A stretch of 64,000 bases of DNA from the NCBI RefSeq assembly GCF_018977255.1, contig NW_024704743.1, forward strand, positions 37,326,001 to 37,390,000, written 5' to 3'. Positions 12,185-24,705 of the stretch are shown here, piece after piece. This DNA is from Callorhinchus milii (Eukaryota). Made by a program: the position numbers and the translations under genes. The notes under the pieces were generated by a model. It saw only the letters and a program-made list of their open reading frames with translations, had not been told where the DNA came from and made no database searches. Positions within the stretch are counted from its first letter, which is position 1. Every line of letters starts with the position of its first letter.

Positions 12185-12282
12185 TGTACCAGCTCTACTC
12201 TGTGGATTCTATTGTAGAGACCAGTTGAGATTTGTATGCGTTTTGTTTGCTAAAGAAGAATTTTGCATCCATATTTGTTTTT

Positions 12283-12288
12283 AATAAA
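12283..12288 (+). terminator. SNRPD1 polyadenylation signal
   Basis: AATAAA ~100 nt after the stop, followed by a T/GT-rich downstream element. Confidence 0.75.
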
Positions 12289-13804
12289 CTTAATTCACGT
12301 AACTTTGTTTTCCACTGTTTTTGTGTTTGGTCGGTCCTTAAAAGCACAAGCTTAATTTTCTTTTAACACAAAATGGATATTTTTAACTCCATTATTTTGT
12401 TTCGAATGCCCCGTCACTTGGTGGTGTAGTTCAGTATCTTCAAGGCCCAGCCATTAAGTTTGTATATTGACTGTTTTGTCTCCCCTCACAACCTCCCAAT
12501 CATGCACTTTCAACTTTTCTCTTTCACCACCATTCAACAATCAATTTTGACTTCAAATACAGGAGGCCAGGATATTCTAGATTAGCTGCTTCCAGCAGTC
12601 TGCAACTTGTGAAGGGAAGAGCTGGGGAGTCTGGCAAGCAGGGCATTAGCATGGTTGAGTCTGGATGTGATTGAAGCCCAGATGAGGGTCTCAGCGGCTT
12701 GAGGGGAGAGGTAATTGTGGAGATGACTTATGTTACAGAAGGTAAGGGAAAGCTCAACACCTGAGGTGAGAAGGCACTGAGGGGAGCCAAACAGGAGTGC
12801 CTCAGTCTTGCCTTTTAACTGAAGAAAATTAGCTCATCCAGGACTTGACATCAGTACCATGTCTCTCCTGCATCAGGCTCTGCGTGCTTATCAGTCCCCT
12901 GCTTGCTCGCTCCATTGGCTTCCCATCCGCCAGCCCTTGTTCTCACCATCAAATCCTTCCATAACCTTCAACACAACCATGCTTGGCCTGCTTCATGTCC
13001 CCTTGGCGCTTTCTTCCACCTCTGACACATCGCCCGTCTCCTCCAATACCTCTCTCCAAAAGCCGCTGAAACCCTGGTCCATGCCTTTGTCACCTATTGG
13101 CTGGACTATTTAAATGCCCTCCTCGCCGGTCTCCCCTCCACTACCATTCATAAAATCCAGATTATTCAAAACTCTGCGCCTTTGGTCACCTTCCCCCCGG
13201 CTCGGCCCCAGGATCCATTACTGTAAAGCGATCTGAGATGCCGTTCGGCATGGAGGGCGCTATATAAACCTAAGTTGCTGTTGGTCAAGGCTTCCAGCCA
13301 TTCTGCCTCTGCTCTCTGGAACTCTTCACAGAGGATCACAGAGATCCTCTGACTCCTTCCATGTCCCTTTTAAATCTCCACTGAAAATTTGGAGCTTGAG
13401 AATAGAAACGAGTTCAGAAGAGCAATGAGCATAAACATTGACACAACCAGCCAGATATCTTGATGCATAAAAAGCATCACCATGCTTCTAATTATCCAAA
13501 TCAAATGATTTAGAGCTCCGTGTTTGTATGGATTGTTTGATCTGGAGTATGCACTCTCCCAGAAGGGATACACTGCTGGTGAATTCAGGTACAGGTTGGT
13601 AAGAGATACTGAAGCTTAAGTACCCCAGAGTGCATTGGGGATCCTGCTGGAGGTTACCAATTAAACCATTGCAAATACTGGAAAACTTCTTGCTGCTTAT
13701 CTATCTGCTTATCTAGATACCGCTTGGGCTTGCAGGGTCTAGTTGTGCTTTCAGAAATTGCCAAGTACCGAACAAGATGGGGAACTGAACAAGACGGGGA
13801 AGGA

Positions 13805-14044
13805 CAAAATACAAAATACTGCAGAAGCTGGAAATCTGAAACAAAAACAGAGAGACCTGGGAAAACTCAGAAGGTCAGGCAGCATCTATGGAGAAAGGAA
13901 AGTGAGTCAACATTTCGGGTCCACGAACCTTTGTCAGTTTGTCAATTCTGACGAAGGGTTGTGGACCCGAAACGTTGACTCACTTTCCTTTCTCCATAGA
14001 TGCTGCCTGACCTGCTGAATTTTCCCAGGTCTCTCTGTTTTGTT
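13805..14044. mobile_element. Fold-back (palindromic) element, probably Penelope-like-derived, with a hammerhead-like core
   Basis: ~95-bp inverted arms (13841-13937 / 13948-14043); flanking near-identical 15-mer CAAGA(C/T)GGGGAAGGA at 13790 and 14045; CTGACGA-A-GGGT..ACCC-GAAACGTT core. Confidence 0.7.
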
Positions 14045-16585
14045 CAAGATGGGGAAGGAGTTGGGGAGTTCAGTGAACAGTGCATTGGAGTAGTTAAATT
14101 TGGAGATGATGGTATGTATGAGAAGCTCGGTAGCAAGGGGTGAATGGTAGTGGCAGAGATGTTGCAGAGATGAAGGAAAGAAGGAAAGCAGAGCGACTAA
14201 GATGTAAGGTTTGAAAGAGGTCAAACAAGACTTTGGTTCCACATTGGCTGCAGGAGGTGGATGAGAATCCATGCAGTTTGATGCGGACAGTGCCTGAGAT
14301 GAGAAAGTCATGACCTGAGCTAAGCAAGCAATTAAAACAGGGTACAGAGAATGATGAGCGTGTATTTAGCTTTGTGATAATAGTTATTATAAAAGAAGAA
14401 ATCTTGGAACCAGAAACAGCGATTAGAATGCAAGTATTCTATTTACGATTGTGAAGCCAAATATGGTTGGATGTTTGAGAGACAATACTATGGGTGAGAA
14501 ATTCCTACTTGGCACATGAAAAAATGCGGTAGCCAATTGTGCACTGGAGTGTCCCACAAACAGTCGTGGATTGAGTAACCAAATTCATTGGTCACCATGC
14601 TATAAGTATCCAAATCTTACTAAACTATTAAGAGCTCCAAATACATATGGCTTGTTTCGTCTCCCAGGAGAGTACAAACACCTGATTAAAACTATCAATT
14701 GTTGCTGCTTTGCAGAATTGTTATTGAAGTTCCTCAAATTCTGGCATAGAATGGTTTGCCAAAATAAATGGTGAGTTACTTCAGGTCTGAATTTTGCAAA
14801 TGAGAAGATGCTTCAATTATTGTGTAGTTAACCTCACAGACGACAATAGTGAGGGGTGACAGGTGATTCCGAAAAGCCAATTTCACACTGCAGTGTTCCA
14901 CAAACAGTCATGGATTGAGTGACCAAATTTATTGGTTTCAGGGGAGGTCAGAGTATTATCTGAATGGAATCATTCACATCCTAACAGAAAAGCAAGACTG
15001 ATCCTATTTACCAAAGCAGGAAAGGATTGAAGCCAAACATCTGCTCAGCTAAAAGAGGTTTGTTTAACAAAAAAACCCTTAAAAATCTTAGCAACTTAGT
15101 CAATTAAACTGTGAGGATATAATGGAGTCAGGATCAATATGGAGGTAAGTTTGAAGGGATACCAAAATGGTGGGCTGTAACGTAACCAAAAAAATGTTGG
15201 TAAGAGCTAGAAACAACTGTAATGTGAGCGGGAAGGTAAGTTTCCCTGATCTTGCACTGACTCAGTGAGCTAACATTAGAATGCCAAGGTTCCCACCTCT
15301 GGAATGAAGTTGTGCTTCCCACTCAAAGATTGGTTAGCAAACACTGGCCACAGATAATATAGCGGCTTATCAAGTGTTTGAGAGTCTCAAAGTGTTTCAC
15401 AGAATATATGTAAAGTATATTCAGCTAATAAATTATTATTTATTTTTTTGAAGTGATGATTACCCTCAGAAAAGCAATTCGCCAATCGACGAACATCAGG
15501 TTCCTATTTATTTGCGACGTAAATAGAGGTGCACCGAGTAAGGAAAGTTGCTCAATGCTTCACTTGTATGAGAACCATGAATGATTTTCTTTACNAAAAA
15601 AATCTTGTAAACAAATAAAAAGGAGACATTAGAATTAACAAACCAGTAAATGAAAATTAGGTTACATTTTGAGAGCTTGAGAATAGGATTTTTGGGATAC
15701 AGAATGGAATTAGTGAGCCAGGTTTAGGATCTGGAGATGTGAAAGTTGCATTTTATTATAATCCTTGCATTTGGTATTTGCCTTTCACGTCGAGAGGACG
15801 TCCCAAATTGCTGGACAGTCAGTGTTTTGGAACTGAGCTGAGGGTCGGGAATGGTGAGCTCAAGTCCCGACTTGGGGGCTTGAACCCACAAGCTAGGTAG
15901 AAATGAGAGTGCCATCACTGAGTCAGACTGACTCACAATGCCTTATCACGGAAAAATGTGTCAAAGTAACTATACTTCACGTAATTAGTCCAGAAATTAA
16001 CAATTTTCATAGGCACACAGCAATGTTATATACAGTAAGACCCCATATATGGTATAGCAAAGAGAATGTTTTCCAGTTTGTTTTCACCCATTCAATGTTT
16101 TTCAAAATAGATGAAAAGATTTGCTGAATCAGAGAAAATAAGTGTGAAGGGAGGTGGCTTAGTGTTCAGCAAATGTATAAATTGATTTGAAAATGGGGAC
16201 TGAAACCAGTATCAGAATCTGGAGGATGAATGAACAGTTAGGCAAGTACTCAAGTGTGTAGTTGGAGGGAATAAGATTTTGAATGGCTTCTTAACATTCA
16301 ATTACCAAAGAAAGCAAATCTAAACCACCCTTGTTAGCAGTTGTGAGATATGAGAATGATTTGCAGTTTGCCCATTGTTAGCTCCAGCAACATCTTTGTT
16401 ATCTGATAATATTATTTTAGTTTTGAATTAGGAATGGGTTCCTGGTTCTGATCTCAATCAAGTGTCTACACAGCTCATAGTTGTAACATGGTTAGGATCT
16501 TGAGCTAAAAAGGTGCAGCAGGATCTGCACCCTGAAGATTCGAGGCATTTTGCTTTACTACTGTAATGTGCTTTGAGACAGGAAA

Positions 16586-18151
16586 AACAACAACAAGATT
16601 CCATTTATAGAGCGCCTTTCACGTTGGGAGGACGTCCCAAGGCGCTGGACAGTTGGGTCAGGACCCGAGCAGTGGGGGAAATGGTCAGGGTGAGGGGAGG
16701 GAGTGAGGAGGGGGGAAATGGTCAGGGGGAAGGGAGGAGGGGGTAGAGAGTCGAGAGGGGAGCTGAAGGCACGGTCAAAGAGAAAGGTCTTGAGACCGGC
16801 CTTGAAGGAGGAAAGGGAGGAGGCGGCGAAGGCACTGGTGGTTAGAGTTCCAGAGCCTCGGGGCTGAAGGCCCGGCCACCGATGGTAGGGCGGTTGGATG
16901 TGGAGCAGACCGGAGCCAGAGGAATGGAGGGTACGGGCAGGTAAGTAGGGGGATAGTAGGAGGGAGCGAGGCTGTGAATGGCCTTGTAGGTGAGGATGAA
17001 GATCTTGAAATCGATCCTCTGGGGGATGGGGAGCCAGTGGAGGCGAGCGAGGGTGGGAGTGATGTGATCGCGAAGCCTGGTGCGGGACAGTACACGAGCT
17101 GCAGAGTTCTGAATGACCTGCAGCTTGTGGAGGGAGGTGTCGGGAAGGCCGGCGAGGAGAGAGTTCCCATAGTCCAGCCTTGAGGAGGTGATAAAGGCGA
17201 GGACCAGAATTTCAGCAGCGTGAGGGGTGAGGTAGTGCCGTAGTCTGGCGATGTTTCGGTGGTGATGGAAGGCGGTGCCAGTTGTGGCGCGGATATGAGG
17301 AAGAAAGGACAGCTCAGGGTCGAACAGAACGCCGAGGTTCCTGACTGGCTTTGAGAGGTGGAGAGTGCAGCCTTGGATGCTGATGCTGTCAGCGCCTGAG
17401 GTGCGGAGGCGCTGACGTGAGCCAATCAGGAGGGCCTCAGTTTTGCGCACGTTGAGCTTAAGGAAGTTGTCTCTCGTCCAGGACTCGATGTCAGACAGGC
17501 AGCTGTCAGGACATCGGTGGTCGTGGAGTTGAGGGTAGAGGAGGAAAGGTAAGAGTTGGGTGTCATCCGCATACATGTGGAAATTAACCCCATGTCTGCA
17601 GATGATGTCACCAAGGGGGAGCGTATAGAGGGTGAAGAGGAGAGGACAGAGCCCCGAGGGACACCGCACAAGCAGTGCGGGGGCTGGAGAAAAAGCCGTT
17701 TGTGGAAACAAAATGAAGACGGTGGGAGAGGTACGACCTAAACCACTCAAGGACAGGGCTTTGAAGGTTGAGGTGGGAGGACAAGCGGCGGAGGAGGATA
17801 GCGTGGTCGATTGTATCGAATGCTGCCGATAGGTCGAGGAGGCAGAGGGAGCCCTGGTCTCAGATGGTCAGGATGTCATTGGTGACCTTGACCAGGGCGG
17901 TTTCTGTGCTATGGGCAGCACAGAAACCCGACTGAAGGGGTTTGAATAGTGCATGGGTGGAGAGGAAAGAGCGCAGCTGAGAGGCGACAACTCTTTCAAG
18001 GATCTTGGACAGGAAGGGGAGGTTGGAGATGGGCCGGTAGCTTGATAGCTGCGACGCATCAAGGGAGGTTTTTTCAAAGTGGGAGTGATAATGGCAGTTT
18101 TTAGGGGAATGGGAACAGAGCCAGAGGAGAGGGACAGGTTGATGATGTCAA
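16586..18151 (-). mobile_element. L2 LINE, 5'-truncated, frameshifted RT
   Basis: Translated GVPRGSVL, FHMYADDTQL and SRLDYGNSLL; terminal stem-loop and (TTG)n tail. Confidence 0.92.
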
Positions 18152-19050
18152 CACCCTGAATAATACAGACCGACTGTCAGTCAGAGGCTCAATAGCAAGG
18201 GTGATGCAACATCTGTAACATTGTGTGATTTGATGAGGTCAACTCAGTGAGATGACCGAATGAGGGAGGCGAGAGACCAACCAGGTAAGCCTGTTGCAAG
18301 ATCCCCCAATAAATCCCATTAAGTTCTTAAGAAAGCCCATTTATAGTATTAGCACACTGGAGCGAAGTTAGCTAAGGTCTGACTGCTTGTAGGACATAAG
18401 GAGCTGTCCATTTCTTGTCAGTAGGGTTTGTGAAAGGCACCATTCAAAATGATTGGTTTACTTTTAAACAGATGCTACTCACATAATTGTAACCATTGCT
18501 TTTCAACATCCTTCCTGAATCTTAACTCTTTCAAGCAGCATCCAAGACAGTACAGAAAACATCTTGGGTTCAATTAATAGGTGTTAGGAATATCATGATA
18601 AAAAATACTCAAGGAGGTATGGCAGGTGCAAATTAATGAAGTAACAGATTGGGAGGAAGGTTAAATGAATTTTCCAATAAGTTTTACAGGGATAGTAGAA
18701 AGTGAAAGCTAAGACTGCATCTTTAGTGAGCCCCAGGATATGCTCACTAGATTCAAACCTAGTTGGGAGTTTTTCCCCTGTGATTTTAGCAGAAAGTAAT
18801 CAGTTATATTGTATTTGATGAAAAAGTTTGGGTCACTGGGATACAGGATGAACTAAAACCAATTAAAGATCACACTAACAATGGGGCTATTGTTCTCTCT
18901 GGACTGCCCTTTAAAGAAATGAGCATCACATTTATTGGTTTCCAGTAATCGCACTAGATGGATACCATCAAACTTTAGATTTAAAAATAAAAGCAGTAAA
19001 GCACAATGAAACATACAAATTTAATATATACATCTAAAGCAAGGTAACTT

Positions 19051-19056
19051 TTTATT
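19051..19056 (-). terminator. Candidate SLC6A20 polyadenylation signal
   Basis: AATAAA on the minus strand with a T/G-rich downstream region; other candidates at 18931, 19128 and 19501. Confidence 0.3.
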
Positions 19057-20781
19057 AAAATTGGTTGGCTGGACATCATACAGTGATTACTGTGTCACAT
19101 TTACTGCTGGCGCTTGAAATATTGGCATTTATTACATGGAAACATTAACATTTGCAAGAATGTATACAACATGTAAAAATGAATTCAATGTAGAAGTTCA
19201 ACTCTTCTACATACATTGTCTAAAATGTACCTGTGCATTGTTTGCACAGAATGCTCATCAGATTTCAAATTATCAGTACAGATTTGATGTGCCAAATGGC
19301 CCATTTCCACACTAACACTCGATAATTCTATGAGTTTTTTTTCCCAAAAATTAAGTGTCAATAATTTGAAACACCTTTTTTTCACCATGATATTGATTAC
19401 TTCTACGGATATTTTCCCAAATTGAAAGTCCGATTGTCTCAACTATCCATTGCGTCTCCCCCACATCAATTTCTAACCCTGAGAGAAGCATCCACTCCAT
19501 TTTATTCTCTCAAAATGTTTGGGAACCCTGCTCTTGAGATCACAGATCAGTTAGAAAGATTTCTTAAAGGCAGTCACATTTTACATTTATGTAGTGATTT
19601 TTCTTCCCGTGGAAATGTATATTTTACACTGACTAGTCTCTCAAAATAGTATAACCGAGATAAATGTGGAATAATTATTCAGCATTCAAAGTTAGTATAA
19701 TAACAACTACTAATTGTTAGTCCCATGTAAATAAATAGCAGATAGACTAATATTTCTATGGCAAAAACATTTTTGGGGAGGAGAAAAAGACAGAACATTT
19801 ATTTTTCACTCAGTTTGTCCATTTGTATTACTGAGTAACTAGTTTCTAAATGAATTGTAGATTATACACTTTAGATACTGAATTTCAAGCATCTGTTAAG
19901 TCACCTTCGCCATGTATTAAGCAGTGTTCGACTTTCCAACATAATCCTATAATGATTTATATTGAATACATCTTTTAATACTATTCACACAATTACAGTA
20001 TACCAATCCATTATTGCTATTGAGCCACACTATAAAGGTAAATGTAGAACAAAGTTATCAAATAGGCTGTTTATGCCCCCCCCCAAAAAAAATAAAATCC
20101 CATGGGTTGACAAACCCAGTATAACCCTCAAAACCATTAGAACATTAAGGTATCTTCAATCATGCTGATCTATTCTCCATTAAGAATGGATACCATTCAG
20201 CCAGACTGTATTCAAGAGGTGTAATTGAATAAACAGTTTATATTGTTGTGCACGTAATCACAATTGCAGGATTCCAAGCATTTCCTTTTCAAACATGCCT
20301 ACAGCAGTACTTCAGTGCGAGTTGAATGGCTGTAGACAGTACCACCAAATTACTAAATGCAATTTTTGTGGGAATGTGCATCAATCAATCAGCACAAATA
20401 ATTCAAATCTTGATCTCACTCTGGCTGCTCACTCCAAAAATCCTAATACATTGCTGTTTGATAACTGGTAATCAGTGAAGCCTGTCTTTTCTCTCCCATT
20501 CTACATTGAGCAGAATACATTTTGAACAAATTCAAGCTCCCACTGCACCAACTTTGAAGCTGTATTTCTATTCTTTCTTCTCATCCCATTTACGATCACT
20601 TGTCTTAAATTGTTTCCATCCAACTGAATCATCCCAACGTGACAATGGGAGTGAATAACTTGTGTGCACATTAATTTCAAATATGTATTGTAATTTCTCA
20701 CCAGAACTGAAATGTACCACTACCTTTTCCAAAGGCATGTTATGGCTGTTTGTAAGCCTCATTTATGAAAGTACCAGATTT

Positions 20782-20813
20782 GTTTCCATAGCAACAATAT
20801 TTTTGTGATGTCA
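20782..20813 (+). promoter_or_regulatory. RFX X-box plus CRE-like element; candidate promoter of the glycogenin-like gene
   Basis: GTTTCCATAGCAAC (20782-20795) and TGATGTCA (20806-20813), followed by + strand splice donors at 20847 and 21067. Confidence 0.4.
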
Positions 20814-21580
20814 CCCACAAAACTGATAAACTACTACTCTTTCTACGTAAGAGAAATATGATTGCATCTGTTCAGTAATGATATGTTTGAAAAATTACAG
20901 GACCACTCATACTCAAGACTACAAAGCCAGTTGATACAATAATAGAATTTGTATTTTTAGTCTCACTCCAACGTAAGAAGTGCCCCAGTTCTATAATTTT
21001 GTATTTTCAGTCTAACAATAGCATAGAGGATATGCAGTACTTTGAAAACTGCTCGACTTTGTACAGGTAAGTAAAGGTTACTAAGAATTGTAAAGAATTC
21101 CTTCATAAATATGATTACAGATATCAAAAAAATCACTATTTACAGTCAATTTAATTCAGCATTCCTCCTCTTAAGCAATAAGTGCAAATCATTGGTACCC
21201 CACACAGCAAGCTCTCAATCTTGATCAACCTGGGGAGGCACTGTACAAAAGGAAAAGCGGAGGCTGAATTTTTCCATCCTGTGAGTCTTGTAGCCAGTGA
21301 AACGTAGATCTGTGTCAACTTTCATGGACAGAAACTCCAACCAAAGTACATATTACCAATGATTTAGCCATACAGGTAAACTAAATATTTAAAAAATGAA
21401 AAACAAAATACACAATGCCACCTATTTTGAACTCCAGGCCCTTCAGTAAAGTGTGAATTTAAAAATAAAATCAGAAAATGTGTAGTCTTAAAAATATCTA
21501 ATTTTTGGTTATTTTCCAGAGTCCACAAAAGGAATGCTTCTTTAAAGCATGGTTTTAAAATCACCCCAATTATTTAATAA

Positions 21581-21715
21581 TTATTTTTTCCCCCGCCACG
21601 ACTTCTTCATGTACACGGCTAATGCCAAACATGGAATACAAGCCATGGAACCGGCCACCATTAATCCAATTACGACCAATGCGTAGACAGGGTACTCATC
21701 TTTTTCTGTTTTTCC
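21581..21715 (-). CDS. SLC6A20: SIT1 imino acid transporter, exon 11 (last)
   Basis: ttttacag|GGA; GKTEKDEYPVYALVVIGLMVAGSMACIPCLALAVYMKKSWRGKK* (TM12). Confidence 0.92.
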   Translation of the reverse strand, partial: GKTEKDEYPVYALVVIGLMVAGSMACIPCLALAVYMKKSWRGKK

Positions 21716-21811
21716 CTGTAAAACAAAGTTACAGTGTTGGATTGATTGTCTACTTCACTTGCAGTTCAAACATGAATAGATACAATGCATGTCACTTTTA
21801 TTCACAAGACT

Positions 21812-22192
21812 CAGGAGAGGCTAGAGAAGCTAGGATTATTCTCCTTGGAGCAGAGAAGGTTAAGAGGAGACTTAATGGAAGTTTTCAAAATTATAAGGGG
21901 ATTTGATAGGGTGAACAAGGAGGAACTATTTCCACTGGCAAGTCGGTTGGTAACTCGAGGACACAGATTTAAAATAATTGTTAAAAGGAACAGAGGGGAG
22001 GTGAAGAGAAATGTTTTCACACAGCGAGTTGTTCAGATCTGGAATGCATTGCCTGAAAGGGTGGTGGAAACCGATTCGATAACTTTTAAGAGAGGTAGAT
22101 AATTATTTGGGGAGGACAAGTTTACTGGGCTAGGTTTTTTCAAAGAGCTGGCACAGACACGAATGGCCTCCTTCTGTGCTGTATAATTCTAT
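21812..22192 (+). mobile_element. CR1 LINE 3' fragment
   Basis: ERLEKLGLFSLEQRRLRGDLMEVFKII...TRGHRFKI...WNALP; ends ATTCTATGA. Confidence 0.9.
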
Positions 22193-23328
22193 GAAGACAG
22201 ATTACAGGTTAGCATGCTCAATGTTCTCACACCAAATGTGCAATAATCAGAATTTTTAATCACATGAAGCTAAATTTCAATTTTACACAGGATTTGATTG
22301 CTCATTTAGAATGTGTCAACTCCCAAAGAAATGCATCCAAGACCCTAGGAACATCTTGGATATAGTTATTGAAGAGGAAGATTTACACCTCTGATCCTCA
22401 CTCTTGCATTCAATTTGATCTGTCCATTGGGCTAGTGGGACCCAACTGTGGTTTAGTAAGACGTAGCCTGGGGTCAGAATAATCAGAATAAGCCACCCCA
22501 ACTCATGCTTAAAACCATGGGGTTTGTGCAATCCAGAGAACAAAATTGACTTAATATTTTAAGTGAAAAGTAAAAGGAACAGGAACCTAGAGCATCTTTA
22601 AAGCTTTAAAACTAGGTTTGTGCTTATCCTGTAAACTTACCTAAAACCCCATGAAAAACCAACAGCCTCAACACAATGATGTATACATAACTGACCTAGA
22701 AGTGAAGAATACCCTGTCCCCTAGAAGGACCATTTTTAAAAATAAGTTAAAAAGTGTATAGCTGCAAGTGGTTGAGAGTTCCCACTTCAATTATTCATCT
22801 TCTCAGTTGCAGTGATATAAAAACTCTAGCTTTAGTGTGTGGAGTCTCCATGTCACAATCAGAACACACTAGCAGTACAGTAGCCACAAGCAGCAGGTTT
22901 TATACACAAGCTGTATTTACACAATATGTATGTAGCCAAATTTACTATTAATCAGTTTGATGCATTTAAATGATCACAACGCCAGAAGAAAGGAGTGGTT
23001 TCCGTATTCAGCTTGAAAGGTTGCTCAACAAATTGTGTAAATTAGTTGCTAAATGTTGTTTGTAGTAGAGTTGTAGCATTTTCCATTTTATGTATATCAA
23101 CAATTTAGGAAATTCTAGAACTAGTTATTTCCACATTTGCCACTGTTAATAAAACTAGTCCTAACTTTACTACAGAGCTGTGTACCCGAGGATCACATCA
23201 GAAGTCACAGTGTTTAGAGCAGACAGAGTCAGCCCTGCACAACTGAGCAGGATCCAGCCAGTGCTAGAAGCTACGCTATACCAAACAGACTATACGATCA
23301 CCCTGGGCTTCAGTATTCAATATCCAGG

Positions 23329-24321
23329 ATGGAGCGGCCCATCAAAAAACCGAATGAAGCATTTGTTACATTAGCAGCAAATGACCTATATGGAAAAGGT
23401 TCATTAGTATTGGGCTGCTCACTGAGAAAACACAAAACTACAAGGCAGCTGGTGGTTCTCATCACCCCCCAAGTCTCCCAAACTGTGAGGACTGTGCTAG
23501 GGAGAATCTTTGATGAAGTTCTATTAGTGGATGTACTGAAAAGCCAAGATTCAAGTAAGTTAATCCTNAAAAAAACACCTGAACTCAGTCTCATGCTTGC
23601 AAAATTGTATTGTTGGGATCTTACCCGCTATTCGAAATGTGTATTCATGGATGCAGACACAATGGCACTAATGAACATTGATGAACTTTTTGAATGGGAG
23701 GAATTGTCTGCAGTAGCAGATGACATTTGTTCTGACTGTTTCAACACAGGAGTGTTTGTTTTTAAGCCTTCCACAGATACACATAAGGCACTTTTAAAGT
23801 TTGCCATGGAGAAGGGGAGCTTTGATAATGGGAATCAAGGTTTGCTGAACAGCTTCTTCAGCAATTGGGCAAAAGTAGACATTTCTAAGCACTTGCCCTT
23901 CACTTACAACTTAAATTGCAATTCAGTTCATTTTTCAACTTTGAAACCACAAGCAGCTGCTGCCAAAGTAATTCACTTTCTTGGCAAGACCAAACCATGG
24001 AACTATTCTTATGACCCAAATACAAAACTTGTGAAAGATCATGATTTATCGGTTACTCATCCTGAATATGTATACATGTGGTGGGATAACTTCACATCAT
24101 CAGTCTTGCCAATGCTAACAGAACATGGTGTTGAAGAGGCAACCAGTTCCACAAAAGAGGAAAAGATTACTGAGGCTTTAACACGGCTTTCCATCATTCC
24201 ACCTACAGTGACTGCCTCCTCAGAGGAACGTCGCCAGAGGTGGGAACAGGGTCAAGTTGATTTCATGGGAGCCGACTCTTTCCAGAATATCCAGAAGAAA
24301 CTGGATGCTTACTTGAATTAA
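23329..24321 (+). CDS. GYG1: Intronless glycogenin-1-like protein (GT8 family), probable retrogene with an altered active site
   Basis: 330-aa uninterrupted ORF with [31 protein letters not shown] and a C-terminal [20 protein letters not shown] tail; strong Kozak context AGGATGG; the single N (23568) is the third base of a CTN Leu codon; likely a paralog rather than the canonical GYG1. Confidence 0.9.
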   Translation: MERPIKKPNEAFVTLAANDLYGKGSLVLGCSLRKHKTTRQLVVLITPQVSQTVRTVLGRIFDEVLLVDVLKSQDSSKLIXKKTPELSLMLAKLYCWDLTRYSKCVFMDADTMALMNIDELFEWEELSAVADDICSDCFNTGVFVFKPSTDTHKALLKFAMEKGSFDNGNQGLLNSFFSNWAKVDISKHLPFTYNLNCNSVHFSTLKPQAAAAKVIHFLGKTKPWNYSYDPNTKLVKDHDLSVTHPEYVYMWWDNFTSSVLPMLTEHGVEEATSSTKEEKITEALTRLSIIPPTVTASSEERRQRWEQGQVDFMGADSFQNIQKKLDAYLN

Positions 24322-24705
24322 AGGTTCAATTGAATTCTTAAAACCCAAATTCCAAGTGTGATTACAGAGGAGCTATTTAGATTGAAGCTCAGGGTTTGTA
24401 AATGACTGGTTTGTAACTTGTTTAGTGCTCTCGTTTGAAATACATGTCACATGATATTTGTAGCTTTGTAATGAGAATCTGACAGAGACTAAGGTCATTA
24501 TTCTCAACCTATATTGAAGTGCATTTCCTCGTGGAGCTTAAAGAGGCTCTGACTTCCTCAACCTCTCTCAAACTTATTGAACTACTGCACATTCAGTTCG
24601 ATCCTCAGTTGCCCTCATTCTCCCAAATTCAGCCTAACCAAGACTGTTTCCTTTCACTACTGCCATGTTGGTCATCTTCAACCCAACCTCAACACCAAAT
24701 CCTTT

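Noticed and set aside
23566..23575. Ambiguous N next to an A-run as a possible hidden frameshift in the glycogenin ORF
   Set aside because: CTN codes Leu whatever the base, and spacing to GYG1 is colinear on both sides; still worth confirming in raw reads
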